From contig NW_003314291.1 in assembly GCF_000143415.4 (NCBI RefSeq), positions 821,702-885,701 of the forward strand: 64,000 bases of DNA, in the 5' to 3' direction. The position numbers and the translations under genes were made by a program. This document shows, piece after piece, positions 23,231-36,803 of this stretch; positions within the stretch are counted from its first letter, which is position 1, and the number at the start of each line of letters is the position of its first letter. The DNA comes from Selaginella moellendorffii (Eukaryota; Plantae; Lycopodiophyta). Under the pieces are notes generated by a model. It saw nothing but the letters and a program-made list of their open reading frames with translations. It was not told the DNA's origin and did not search any database.

Positions 23231-24147
23231 TCAGCACGCAGGAACCTTCTTTCCATCCTCAATGAAGTAAATAGCTGACTCAGGGATCTGTATAATCAAA
23301 TCGATTTAGCACATAGCATGAGAAAAACGTAGCTTACATTCTGCCATGTTTCTGTGATGAACTCTACGATATCTAGTAGAATGTCTCCTTGCACATCGAT
23401 TTGCTCTTTCTCGGTAGGACCCTAGTCATCCAGAGAAAAAGGAACTTATCTTCAAATTCAAGCAGGCCCGAGGGAATACAAACCTTCACGACCGAAGCAC
23501 CGCTTGCAAACTTCTTTCCAAGTTTCTTCGAAGCGTCAGCAAGCTTGACACCTACATTACAATGTCGAGAGATCAAAACAAAAGCAATAGAAGCTGCCTA
23601 CCAAACATGTCGAGGCCTTTGATCGTTGTCAAGCACTTTCTCTTGTTCCTGGTAACTCTCTCTACCAACACTTCAAGCTTTTCCTGCACACAACATCGTA
23701 AAGAACTTCCAAAATCACAAAAGTTCTCACCTTCTTTTTTATCTTTCCTCCTGGCAACCTCTTGATCTCCTCCTCTACACGTAGAACAGAAAAAAACGAG
23801 TTAAAAAAAAAAAAACACAGCTCTAGAGCAAGAGCATGGATTACCTTGCGTTTTAGAGCTATTCCCCACATCCGATACTGTCATTCCTCCCAGCTGCTGA
23901 GCAATCTTCTCTGTAAGGAAACAAAGAAACAGAGCAAAGATTTAAGCCTCTAGAAGAAAAAAAAAACGCTTTACGCTGCCTTTCACAAGCTCGGGGTACA
24001 AATCCGAGGCATTCTCCACAAGCCATGGCTTGCATTTCTCGAAATCCGGCCCAAACTCGCAGTACTCCGGTGGCAAGCTACACACTGCTGAAACAAAATC
24101 ACGAATCGCGCGAATCTACAAGAGAACATACCTCCGCAATACAGCAT
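23231..24147 (-). CDS. DENR: Translation machinery-associated protein 22 / density-regulated protein (SUI1 domain), multi-exon
   Basis: [31 protein letters not shown]...KRLPGGKIKKK...RNKRKCLTTIKGLDMFG-VKLADASKKLGKKFASGASVVK...EQIDVQGDI...IYFIEDGKKVPAC*. Confidence 0.9.
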
Positions 24148-24299
24148 TTTGATCTTCCACGCGAAGAACCCTAACAGCTTCCCTTTAACAGGCACCGCCC
24201 CGTTAGCGCAAATGCCGTCAACGTGTCGCCATCGCGGCCGTTGATTTAGGGTTGCCGGTTATAAAGTGAGAAGGGGGCAAAGAATGCTTGGGCTTGGCG

Positions 24300-25127
24300 A
24301 TGGCTATGGCGACGAAGATGACGCGCGCGTGGGTTTGGATCGCTGTCGCAGCGATGCTCCTTGCATGCCGTGTGGGTGAGGCGAGTCGATTTGGTAGGGA
24401 TAGGAGGATCGAATTTGGGGGCGGCAAGCCCGTGTCCTCGCTGGTGGGCGGCTGGAGCGCGATCGATCCCAAGGACCCCAATGTCGTCACGCTTGCGAAA
24501 TTTGCAGTCCACGAGCACAACAAGAAGCTGGTAAGCCATCAAATCCTTCTTCTTGGCGCTTGAGTTTGTTTTCTATGATTTCTTTGGTAGATCATAGAGT
24601 GATCTGTGATCTTCCTTTGGTTGCCTAGCTATACAAAATGTGGACTCCTATTTCCTTAGCTTCTTTGCGCTTTGAGTTTACTTTCTTCTTCTTCTTCCTT
24701 TGTTTCTTTGGTAGCTCATAAAGTAAAATTGTGATCTTCTCCTCCATTTCTTTGGTTGCCTAGCGACACAAAATGTGGACTCCTATAATTTCCTTGGCTT
24801 CTTTGCTTTGCTTTGCTTTGCTTTGCTTTGCTTCTCTCCTATAACTTAGCCATCGAAAATGGTGGACTTCCCTTAGTTTTCTTCCAGATTGGAAATGTGG
24901 AAGCTTATATAACTTGTGATTCTTCCTTCCAGAGTGGCCATGGGACGCTCTTGTACTCCAAACTGGTGGAAGCGAAGAGCCAAGTAGTGTCCGGAGTGAT
25001 GTATCTCCTCACGGTCGAGGCCACGGATAGCAAGAACAGTGTTTGCAGCTACGAGGCCAAAGTTTGGGTGAAAGAGTGGGAGAACTTCCGGAGATTGATG
25101 TCGTTTGATCCAGTGACTAAATCTTAG
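24300..25127 (+). CDS. Secreted phytocystatin (cysteine protease inhibitor), 2 exons (24300-24530, 24933-25127)
   Basis: Signal peptide, LVGGW, LAKFAVHEHN phytocystatin motif, QVVSG reactive loop and YEAKVWVKEW. Confidence 0.92.
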
Positions 25128-27479
25128 GCAGCAGTACCGGCGGCAAAGATGGAAAAAAATAACTCAAAAACAGGTTCTCCAGTTGTTCTAATCCAGAGAA
25201 TTGTTGCTCGGTGTTCCTTCGCGGCCATTTCACGGGCATTAAATAAAAACATTGGCAGTTTCCCGGGATAAGTATGAGTTGCCAATTTCAGCCGCAGTGG
25301 AACACATATCCACAACAAACCAAAAACTTTTACCCACGTAGCGAATAGTTTGATTCCTTGTTCATAGTGCTTGCCAACTTTCCCAATGTATATATATGCC
25401 AATGATTGTGTTGGAATCACAATCACCACCATGACACACTAGTGACTTACAAAGCACATTCTTGACATGACGAAGTCATGATTTATTTCGATAATTCAAT
25501 GTTCTAGCTTGTACATTCTAGGTATATTCACTATGATCTTTCAGCCTTGTTTAGATTTAATAAATACTAAACCATACGCATGAGAATAGTATTTGACCGA
25601 TTTTGTAAGGTCTCGTACTGTAATGCAGTGGCAAATGCTTGACAAAATTTCGTATGAAAAGTTTCTGGGCACGTAGCAGAATCTAGAGCTCACAGCGAAC
25701 CAAGCACACGTTTTATTGTAGCGTGAGCCAAAAGCATGGATAAATGTATGAACAACTTCGGTCCTTTGGTGAGTGGATTGTCAAATCGTCCCTGAAGTTT
25801 TGTCCGCTTTCCTTGGCCTTTGTAAAATAGTTCTCAAAACATGAAACAGCAGGAAAATAACTGATCAAATCATATAGATCTAAACAAGATATAGTCAAAG
25901 CGTCGCATTCGCAGGAATTCCGCAGAGCCCAGAGCCCAGAGCCAAAGTGCCACATAAACGCAGCGATCTTTCAGTCAGGATCTTGTGGCAGCGATCATAT
26001 GGACCAAAAGGCTGGAGTTGCAGAGAAGCTCTAATCAAAAGAACAGTAATTCAAAATCAGGCAAGCAGGAAAACAGGGAGAACTTAGCAGGGAGAACTTG
26101 GCAGGGCAGTGACCTTCAATCCGACACAGGGTCAAGTATCTTCGATAATTCTCTCTGAAATTATTGTTCCATGCTGTGCTGGTGTGTGTGCGTTCAAGAA
26201 CGAGAAAAAGGGGAAAGAAAAAGATTGGATACTTTATTTCTACAGAACAATGCTTTCACATTTAAAGAGCACACACCCCAATGCTCCAACGCTGATCTTA
26301 ATATTTTTCTTTCGACCACGTACTGCCAGCACGCTGGACCGGTGTTAATTTTTGTTATTTTTCAGCCAAGTTTACAATCAAACAAAGCAAATTCGTTAGC
26401 AAAAGTAGCTGGTTCATAAATCTCTTTCCTTGTCATAAATCTCGTGAAATGGCACACAAGAGACTTTCCAGTACGAAAGCGTACGAAAGCGAAGGGGTGG
26501 CGGCGGCGATGAATCCAGGGATAAGCTCCCAGCTTTATGTTTAGTTGTAGCATGTACTTGCCTTGGCCTTAAAACCAAGTCATGCTAAATTGGAACAAAC
26601 TCAGAGGCAATGGATTTGACCCACTTGATCAGGTTACAGAACGGTGTGTCACTCTTACGGAACTTTTTAACGGTGATTGTGTCGAAAGCTTTTGTTGAAT
26701 TCGAGCCTGTAACTTTGAAGATAATAATTCTGATATTAGTAATATAATACTGTACAAAACGCACAGGATGATTCAAGCATGTAGCAGATCTATCAACTTG
26801 CATTTGCATTGGACACAGGTCAGAGGGAAATGAATCTAAATGATAATTCATGTGCTAAAAATACAAAACAAGTAGCAAGAGTTTGTACAGTATGGGTCTC
26901 TTCTACTCCTCCTGTCCATCTTACTGAGGGAGTGACGCACCACATTTGTGCAACGTAAGAGTGTGCTGGATCAAATTTATTACCAGCCAGTTCTCCATGT
27001 TGAGTCTAGAGAGAAAAAATCCAAAAAAATAAAGCGCTCTAGAAACATCCAAACTGGAATCTCAGTTGGCAAGATCAAAACACTGAAACTTTTCCATTCG
27101 TTTAAAAGAGAGTTACCATTCTCAGAGCTTCTACTTTGTCTAGTATAAACTTTATTTCACAAGAGCTCTAGAACCAAAGAGGGGAAAACGAAAACAGGCC
27201 CACGACCCGAAAAATCCAAGCTGAGAGGTTGTAGTTTTGGAGAATGGAGACGACGGTCTTCGTCCCTGCATACTCTGGGCCTAGCACATGTATGAAGCTC
27301 GTAGGGCAAAGCATAGATTTGTGCCAGCAGCATCAGTCCAAGCATCCTTTCCAATTCAACATTCTTCTGCCAAGAACAAGAAGAAAATAAAAAAGAGAAA
27401 AGAAGCCAGCGAATTCCACCTATAGAGATCAGCAGGCTTTGGGACGATACTGCGTTTGCCTAGAGTGTAGCTTTGTCAC

Positions 27480-28472
27480 TCAAGATAGATTGAGCTCCTC
27501 AAAGTTCCACAGTCTAATCTCCTCGTCTACTTCCACTTCCACCACGCTCAATCCTCCTTCCCACATCGGCGGGGGAGCAACGAGCAAAGCCTGCGCCATA
27601 TGCGATAGCATGACGCTCGGCATCATAAACACGAGATCTTCGTCCACATAGTTGATCACGGTGGTAGCAGTAGACGCTGTAGAAGTGCTAGAGCCACTCG
27701 ACTCGAGCTGCAAAATCGATTTTTGTTGGCTCGTCGCCGGGGGTATCGATTCCACCGCTGATGGAGCGAGCACTCCCGCTGCTACTTTGGGCTCTTGGAA
27801 CTCTTGGAACTCTTCGTTCTTGGTGTGATCATCGACGAATGCAAACGCTGCAGCCACCGCGGCCTCTTGAATCGCCTTTGGAGACAAGGCCGAGGGGCGA
27901 GGGAGCGAGTCGGCCGACTCTGGAAAGTTGAGGAGCGCGGCGTCGCCCTTGAGGCTCAAGGCCGCCACGTCGTGAGCTCGGGCCGCCATCTCGGGTGTTG
28001 GAAACGATCCCAGCCATATCCGCGACTTTTTCTTGGGCTCGCGGATCTCCGACACCCATTTCCCCCAGCTCCTACGCCGGACCCCTCTGTACACCCGGTG
28101 GTGTGCTCCGGAGCTTCCAAAAGATGGTTTTTCCTTGGCTTCCTCCATAGGCTGAGCATGGCTTCCGGTCCTCGTCTTCGCTTTCTTCGTGGCCTCGCTC
28201 GCCAGCTCGCTCAAAAATCTCTTTTCGGGATGCTTGGACGAGAGGTTCGCCTCTGCAAGCACAGAAAAGATGTGAGATCAAATGGAAGAACTTTGTACCA
28301 TACCATTACCATTACTGCTCAAAGCGATGGCGGATTCCTTCTCGGTGTGATGGTGATGATTACATTGCAACCTTAGAATTCCTGGAGTGGAGCTCGAGGA
28401 CGAGAATCCGGAAGAGCAACAAGTATCCGGAGACTTCTTTTGTCGCCACCAATGTGACTTTGCTTCACCCAT
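27480..28472 (-). CDS. AP2/ERF transcription factor, DREB A-4 (TINY-like); N-terminal exon uncertain
   Basis: [66 protein letters not shown], with C-terminal [10 protein letters not shown] and LWNF. Confidence 0.88.
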
Positions 28473-29552
28473 TGGATCAAACCAACAACTTGGGCACCGC
28501 GGAGCAGCACTGCCTTTGCTCTGCTCGAATGCAATCTTTGGAAAGCTTCACTGCCGCTACAGCCCCTGCTACTACTGCTGCCCGAGCGCAATTCTCCCCT
28601 TTCAGGCATGGACGATTTCTCCTCGACAAGGAGGGAGCTTAAATGCTCTCAATTGCCACGGAGATGACCCGGAATGGCACACATCACCTCCAGAAAGGAA
28701 AGAAAAAAGAAAAAAAACACGAAAACAAAAAGCATCAGTAAATATAAAGAGGAAGGAACGAAAAGAAAAAACAATGAAAAGCATCCAAATCAATGTCAAG
28801 GTGGTCAGCCAAAACCGTATACTCCAGCGTACCTTATTTACATGCATTGAAGAGGTAGAAAGCCATGAACTGGGACGAGGAGAAGCTTCAAGCAAACTTT
28901 GCATGGCTGCAAGAAGCAACATGATAATTCCACAGAACTGGGACCCTTTTGCCAATATATACTCCCGTGCAAAATAACTGCCACTTTAAAAGGTAACGTT
29001 TTTAAAGTTCCCGGATCGAGAAAATACACGATTACCAAACTCGAAGATGGAAAGATTAGGAAATACCTTTGTTCCAGGCTCACAACAGAAAAGGTGTTTA
29101 CTTTAAGCCCCTACAGGAAAAACACGATTAATACCTTTGTTTCAGGCTCTGGCGATGAAAGCGCCTTGTTTGATTTTTTTTCTTCTTCCACGCAGATGTT
29201 TCTTCGCATGGGATTTCCAAATGTCCGACTTTAAACATGGCATCTTTGGACGTAGCATCTGTGAAAGAGAAGTGAGCGCTTACTCAACATCTCGTGAGCT
29301 GGATCCTCTAAAAAATTCCTGGGCGAGGAAGGGGGGCACAGGTGGAGAAAGAGAAAGAAAGCTCTAGCCTTTACGACGGCCTAGCCACAAGTTGTAGTGG
29401 CGAGAAGACCAACAACTTTTCGATACTCCCTCTCACTTTTCTATCAGATTTTATGTGATCAATATAGGCAAGCACACCGTAGCTTGCAGAACTTTTCGAG
29501 TGTCCCAGGGAGAAAAAGATTATTGTAATCGGTGAGTGACCAGCGATCGAGA

Positions 29553-30300
29553 TCATGAATCTCGCCATCGGTAACCACAATTGGGATTGCAACAGACAAA
29601 GAAAAGAGTCATCCCCTCCTCTCCTCTTGTGGTTGCCTAGCGGAAGAAAAAAATCAAGAAACCGCAAAAAAAAAAACCACGTAAACATTCCAAACTTTCA
29701 AGCCATGGATGAAAGCAAGCTAAGAGAAAAAAGAAAAAAAGAAAAAGAAAAAGGAGAGGCACAAACCTGAAAAAAGACGGCTTCTCCGTGCTTGCATCTG
29801 ACGCATCGAACAGATTTTGTACGCGGTAGCGTAGGATCCGACGCAACGTCCTGCAAGACTTGCGTACGCTCCCCAGCGCTGTGATGGACTTCGTTCCTGT
29901 ACACGCAGTTATTGTCCGCTACTTCCTGACCAGTAGCGGAAGTTTCACAATCACCAGGAAGAAGATCAAGGAGATCAGTGAAATGCGTGACTGGATCTCT
30001 AAAGAATCAAAGAGATCTTACTTGGTGGTCGCAGTTCCGACAGGCATACAGCAAGATCTTTTGATCCCGGTCCTCCTTGGGATACAGGATGTTGTTACTG
30101 CAAGAGGGGATCCAAAGCCTTTCAATGCCACGAGCAAAAACCACACTTTCAATGCGACGAGCATTCATTCGTTCGAGGAAATCAATGAATTTCCTGACAC
30201 CCAATGCGGAGTTACTCAAGATGCCGCCGAGCGCGAGCTCCAGCGACGCGAGACGAGCAAACCCAACTCACCATTCCCGGCAGAACTTCATGGTACTCAT
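29553..30300 (-). CDS. NRPB9: RNA polymerase II/IV/V subunit 9, 4 exons
   Basis: [35 protein letters not shown]-..[55 protein letters not shown]. Confidence 0.95.
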
Positions 30301-30389
30301 CCTTGCGGGAGTTTCCTTTTCCCCTTTGCACGTTAGGGCTGGGAAGTAACAGTGATAAACCCTAATTACGTGTGCATGAGGTTTTCTTT

Positions 30390-32190
30390 CTCTATCTCTG
30401 TTTCCAGCTTGATTTCGAATCTCTCCAGTCCAGGAGTTTCGACATCTCTACGTCAAAGGTGGGTCATTGATCAAGGCCAAAATCTTTTGCTCTCTCTCTC
30501 TCGCCTCTCCCTCCTCAAGACCCACGAGAGAGCTTGTTTCAAGAGACAATGAACGCAGTCAAGTGTACGAATGCCGCCACGCCCTCACAGCTGTTTTCTT
30601 TAGAAAAAAATTACACGAATCGGGACGTGAAATCACTACTTTGTTTTTTAGTATGATTTTTTGTAGAAGCTCACAAATCCCCAAACAAAGTAACTCAACC
30701 CTCGTCAGGCGAAAAAGTGCTGCTTTGTTTGGACCGTGCAGTTAAAAATCGCGACTTTAATGGAGACGCAGAGAACGCAATATGAATGGCAGGAAGACCA
30801 TCCTCGAATCTTCATACACGGCATTGCCACAGCAAAAAGAAAAGTAGATATTACCCTTGAATCACTTTCGGTCATCTTCCAGCAAAAGCAAGGAGTTTAA
30901 CACAGCGCTGTAGATTGCCAGACGTTCAAGCGCTTAGTATATAATTTGTCTTGTATCAATGGGTTCGGATATGGGTGATTTGTGTGGAACTCATGGTCAT
31001 TAGTATAATATAATATATCGATTTGATTAATGAACTCCTTTCTCCTCCTCTCTTAAAACCAGTCTTGCAAGTTTTTAAGAAAATTTCAGCTGAACTGAGG
31101 CGGTGGTGCTAGAAACATGGGGGCTGCTCTTATTGGGGATGATGCTTTGCTTTGCTCGCCGCTGAAGAAGTTCAAGAAATTCAAGCACATGAACAATGCC
31201 GAGCTTGACGTTCTTTCTTCCACGCACTGGACGGGGTCAGCATTTTGGAGGATTGGAGCCCGGTTCCTGGAGAATGATCGCGATGTTGCCAACTTGGGCA
31301 AACTTGGACTCGGAGCCTAGTGTTTCTTTTGAAGAGCTTGGATGAAAAACTTGCAGCACTTGGTCTTATAATATAAATCGCTCAAGAGCTACCTGATTTA
31401 CAATCTATAGTACGTGTGCATGACGAGGTTTTCTTTCATCATGAAACAAATTATAGCTGGAACTCTGAAGGAGGATTCTCTATCATCACAGAAAGCCTAG
31501 TTCCAGTCTACTTGTGACGTTTTGTTTCTATGTCCAGCCCAATTACAATGGGCTGTGTCTCCTCTTTCTTTCTCTTCCAGCTTGAATTCTAATCACTCTA
31601 GCCCAGAAGTCTTCATCGATCCTCCATCGCTACGTCAGAGGTGGGTCAAAAGCCAACATTGTTGTGATTGGATTAAAAGCCAATAACCTTTCGCTCTTGC
31701 TTGTCACTCTCTCCCTCCCTTGACAAGGACAAGCCTAAAATTTCATTAATGTAGTTTTTGAGTCCCACTAGCCAGCGATTCGCTGGCTGACTGGCAACTC
31801 GGTTGTTTCAAGAGACAAAGAACAAATTGACAACACTATCAAGTATATAATGTTGCCCACACTCTCACAGCTGTTTCCTTTAGAAAATCAGGCAAAAACT
31901 TCACGAATCACGACGATACTAATGACATCCACTACATTGTTTAGCATGATTTTTCTGTAGAAATCCCAAATCCCAAAACAAATGTTTGCTTGCGTCAGGG
32001 AGGATGGACTGACCCTCGTCAGGCCAAAAAGCGCTCCTTTGTTTGAACTGTGTCCATCCAATTAAAAACCCACGACTTTTATGGCGGAGAGATGCAATTT
32101 GCAATGGCAGGAAGACCATCCTGGAATCTTCATACACGGCATGCCATAGCACCAATAAGAACCTTAGATCAATTGGTTATCCTTGAATCT
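30390..32190 (+). repeat. Diverged non-coding direct duplication (about 30390-30870 vs about 31560-32190)
   Basis: Shared blocks occur in the same order: ttccagcttga, ctacgtca(a/g)aggtgggtca, ttgtttcaagagacaa, ctcacagctgttt, accctcgtcaggc, atggcaggaagaccatc, gaatcttcatacacggcat. Confidence 0.85.
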
Positions 32191-32894
32191 CTGCAAAATT
32201 TATAGTGTACTCCTCCACGATCATCTTGCTTTGTGTGGCGTTGCCATGTTTCCGGGTCAGCAACCAATCACGAAACTACGCCCCTCCAAACAACACAGAG
32301 CTCCACTCAAATCAAATCCTTGTAGTTAATGACCCCACAATGGCGTTGTTTCATAATCAACTCATTACTATACTGCCAACCATGAGTTCCACACAAATCA
32401 CCAGCTGTTAAAACCCCTTTGGTGATTCCTCTCGCCGTACACGGTAGGACCGGAGCGTTTTAGTGACGATCGATCCCGGGGAGACATGGGGCCGTACCTT
32501 GGCCCCCAGATCGCGAATTCTTTCCAGCCGCCAGCATCTTGCTGGGTTGTTAATACAGCTCGAGGCCAACTTGGCGTGCAGCAACACGCAGCCACACGAA
32601 ACATTGTAATGCGGGCAAATCGACCATAGGACCAAATGGTGACGCGATTAAAAAACTATATGACCTTGCAAAAAGGTGACATGGGGTCCCAGGAGTGATT
32701 TTCCTTCCAACTGTCAACAAGCCAGGAATTATCCACACTACGCTCTAGAGCGCGTGGAAGAGAACGCGTCGAGTCCACAAGTATATAAGCCCTTGCGGGA
32801 GGGATTTCGTGAGAGAGAGCGCTTTGACCTAAAAGTTCCTGGAAAGGGCGAAAGAAACCACTCCCGCCACATTTGGGGGACATTTTGGTGCCAC

Positions 32895-33968
32895 ATGGTG
32901 GCCGGGGATTTGTCCCCTGATTTAGGGCGCTCCAAATTTAGGGCTCCCACTAGCAGCGCTTCTTCCTCCTCGAGCGAGGCGGCGGGGGCGTCCATCGACG
33001 AGGGCTTCTCCGCGCCCGCCGCCACCGATGTGATCTCCTTTGATGAGTTTCTTCTCAGCGCGATTCGAGGCAAGCGCGAGCAGCAACCGCAGCAGCGGAG
33101 GAATCGGCGGCGGCACTCCACCGCGGCGGGGTCGCCGGGCAACAGCTCCGAGGAGAGCGACGATCGCGAGGGCGGCGATGGCGGCAGGAGCCGCCGGCGC
33201 CGCAAGAGCTCCGACGACGCTTCTCCCGGGGGCGGCGGTAGCAGCACGACCTCCCCCAGCGCCGCGCAGGTCTCGGGCGAGGAATCGCCGGGATTTCTAG
33301 CGCCCCAGCAGCAGCAGTCGGATCAGGAGACCCAGCACCCGCTCTATCGAGGGATCCGGCGGCGCAGCTGGGGCAAATGGGTCTCGGAGATCCGGGAGCC
33401 CAAGAAGAAGACGCGCATTTGGCTGGGATCCTTCCCCACGCCGGAGATGGCCGCTCGAGCTTACGACGTGGCCGCGATCAGCCTCAAAGGTCCCAAGGCC
33501 GTGCTCAATTTCCCCGAGTTCGCGTATTCGCTTCCACAGCCGGCTATGGTGTCGCCCAAGTCGATCCAGCAGGCCGCCGCTGCCGCCGCCCTGGCATTTA
33601 GCTCCTGTTCTCTGGGAACTTCCTCCTCGTCGAACACGAAAGCATCGTATCGGAGCTCCCTTGCATCGTCCACCTCGTCCCAGCAGTACCACTACTCGAA
33701 ATCGCCCGAGAATGTGGCAAAGCCCTGTTCTTCCTCCCAGGGAGGAGAGGATCGATCGCGATCAGGCGGCGATTTGGCACCGGCATTGCCTCCGATTAGT
33801 GAGGGCCAGGTGAATTACGTGGACGAGGATATGATCTTCAACATGCCGGATGTAGTCACGGATATGGCTCAAGCGATGCTTCTCGCGCCGCCGCGATTGA
33901 GCCAAGAACAGAGTGACGAGGAGGATGAATCGGGCGAGGAGGCATCGATTTGGAGCTATCGAGACTGA
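32895..33968 (+). CDS. AP2/ERF transcription factor, DREB A-4 (TINY-like), intronless
   Basis: [44 protein letters not shown], with [10 protein letters not shown] and IWSY at the end. TATATAA at about 32782. Confidence 0.92.
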   Translation: MVAGDLSPDLGRSKFRAPTSSASSSSSEAAGASIDEGFSAPAATDVISFDEFLLSAIRGKREQQPQQRRNRRRHSTAAGSPGNSSEESDDREGGDGGRSRRRRKSSDDASPGGGGSSTTSPSAAQVSGEESPGFLAPQQQQSDQETQHPLYRGIRRRSWGKWVSEIREPKKKTRIWLGSFPTPEMAARAYDVAAISLKGPKAVLNFPEFAYSLPQPAMVSPKSIQQAAAAAALAFSSCSLGTSSSSNTKASYRSSLASSTSSQQYHYSKSPENVAKPCSSSQGGEDRSRSGGDLAPALPPISEGQVNYVDEDMIFNMPDVVTDMAQAMLLAPPRLSQEQSDEEDESGEEASIWSYRD

Positions 33969-34619
33969 TCCTCGACCACACTCGATCTCGTGGGAGGCAA
34001 TCGGTAGCCTTAGATCTTGCGCGAGCGATTGAAACGCTAGAGAGAAAATCTAGTGTAAAATATTTCTATTTGGGATGAACACGAAGAACAATTTAGCTAG
34101 ATACGCTCCTAATGCGTGCTTGTTATATCTTAAGCGGGCTAGATAATGCATGCTTGTTATATTTAAGTGTTTTTATTATATCTTAACCCGGCAGGACACA
34201 CACGTTTGCATTAGCGAGCCACTTATCCAAATACAAGGAAGCTTCATGGCGGGCAGGGTAATTTCCTGGAAGCTGCCTGGGAAGAATCACGTGTTTAAAG
34301 GCCAATGGAAGATTTATTTGTGTGTGTGTGGAGATACGGCTTAGCTGTGTCCAAGAAGCAAACAAACAAAGTCGCCGGGCAACTTGCTAAATTAGATGCC
34401 GCGAAGATTCGTTGCCTTTCCAATGGAATCTTTACAAAAACGCATGGAGGAAGAAGAAAGGAAGTTGTGTAGAAAAACTAAAGATTCGATTCTATGATCG
34501 TGGAAAGCTCTCATCCAGAAAGCCGTGATTGACCGCTTCAAAGATATGGCACTAAAAAGGCGGGAGTTTTCAAAGTAGGTTAGAAGTAAAAAAGAGTCAT
34601 TTGTTTGTTTGCCCTGGCT

Positions 34620-36045
<1,426 letters not shown>

Positions 36046-36803
36046 ATGGAATGTAAGTCTCTGAAGATTTCTAAATGCGTCTTTTCTTTCTAACCGTCGT
36101 ATCCACTCGCGGAATGAGAGTGTTCTTAGCACATACACGGTGTTAAGGATTGTACACGCTCCCGAAGTATAACGTTTAGCTCGCTACACAGGTTGCATCC
36201 CGTTCCACAGCGGGTGTTTACAAAGAGGATCTGCCAGGTGGTTGATAATGATCGGCATTCCTGACGAAAAAGTTTCTTTGACGGAAGAAACAGACGATTT
36301 TTGGACGATGAGGTACGTTTTCTTCTATGATCAAAGTTCTCGTTCACCTTAAAACACTTTCAGGGACGACCAAAATAAACGCCGGCGTTTAAATAAGCCT
36401 CAGCGGATGGTTTAGAAACTGAATAGCGCCGTTTCGATTCGAGCGCTTAGAAACAAGCCATGTTTGGATCTTTGGAGAGATCAGCTCTCTCGGAAGCTGG
36501 TTTTTGGATTTGTGGCGACTATGGGGCTTGGGTAAGTTCCACTTGCGTTTGTTGATTTCGAAGTTGAGATTTGCGTCTTGCAGTTGCAGATTTTTTTTGT
36601 CGGCGAACCAGTGCACGGGAGCAATTTTGGATGACCCATTATGTCCATTGACAAGTAAGGTACTCGTTCCTCGGACCGCCTTCTTGGGTGTCCAAAGAGA
36701 AACGAAGGACATGGAGATCTAATTATGTAAGTGAATTAGAATGTACCCTGGCTTGACGAGAGCTCCGTGTCTCGACAAGAATGTCCTGGAGAAACGAGCT
36801 GGA

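Noticed and set aside
25700-27400. Possible gene between cystatin and DREB
   Set aside because: Only short ORFs with no recognisable motifs or consistent splice model.
28602-28955. Signal-peptide-like ORF MAKGSQFCGIIMLLLAA upstream of the minus-strand DREB
   Set aside because: No recognisable mature peptide; it runs into intron-like T-rich sequence and may be 5' leader.
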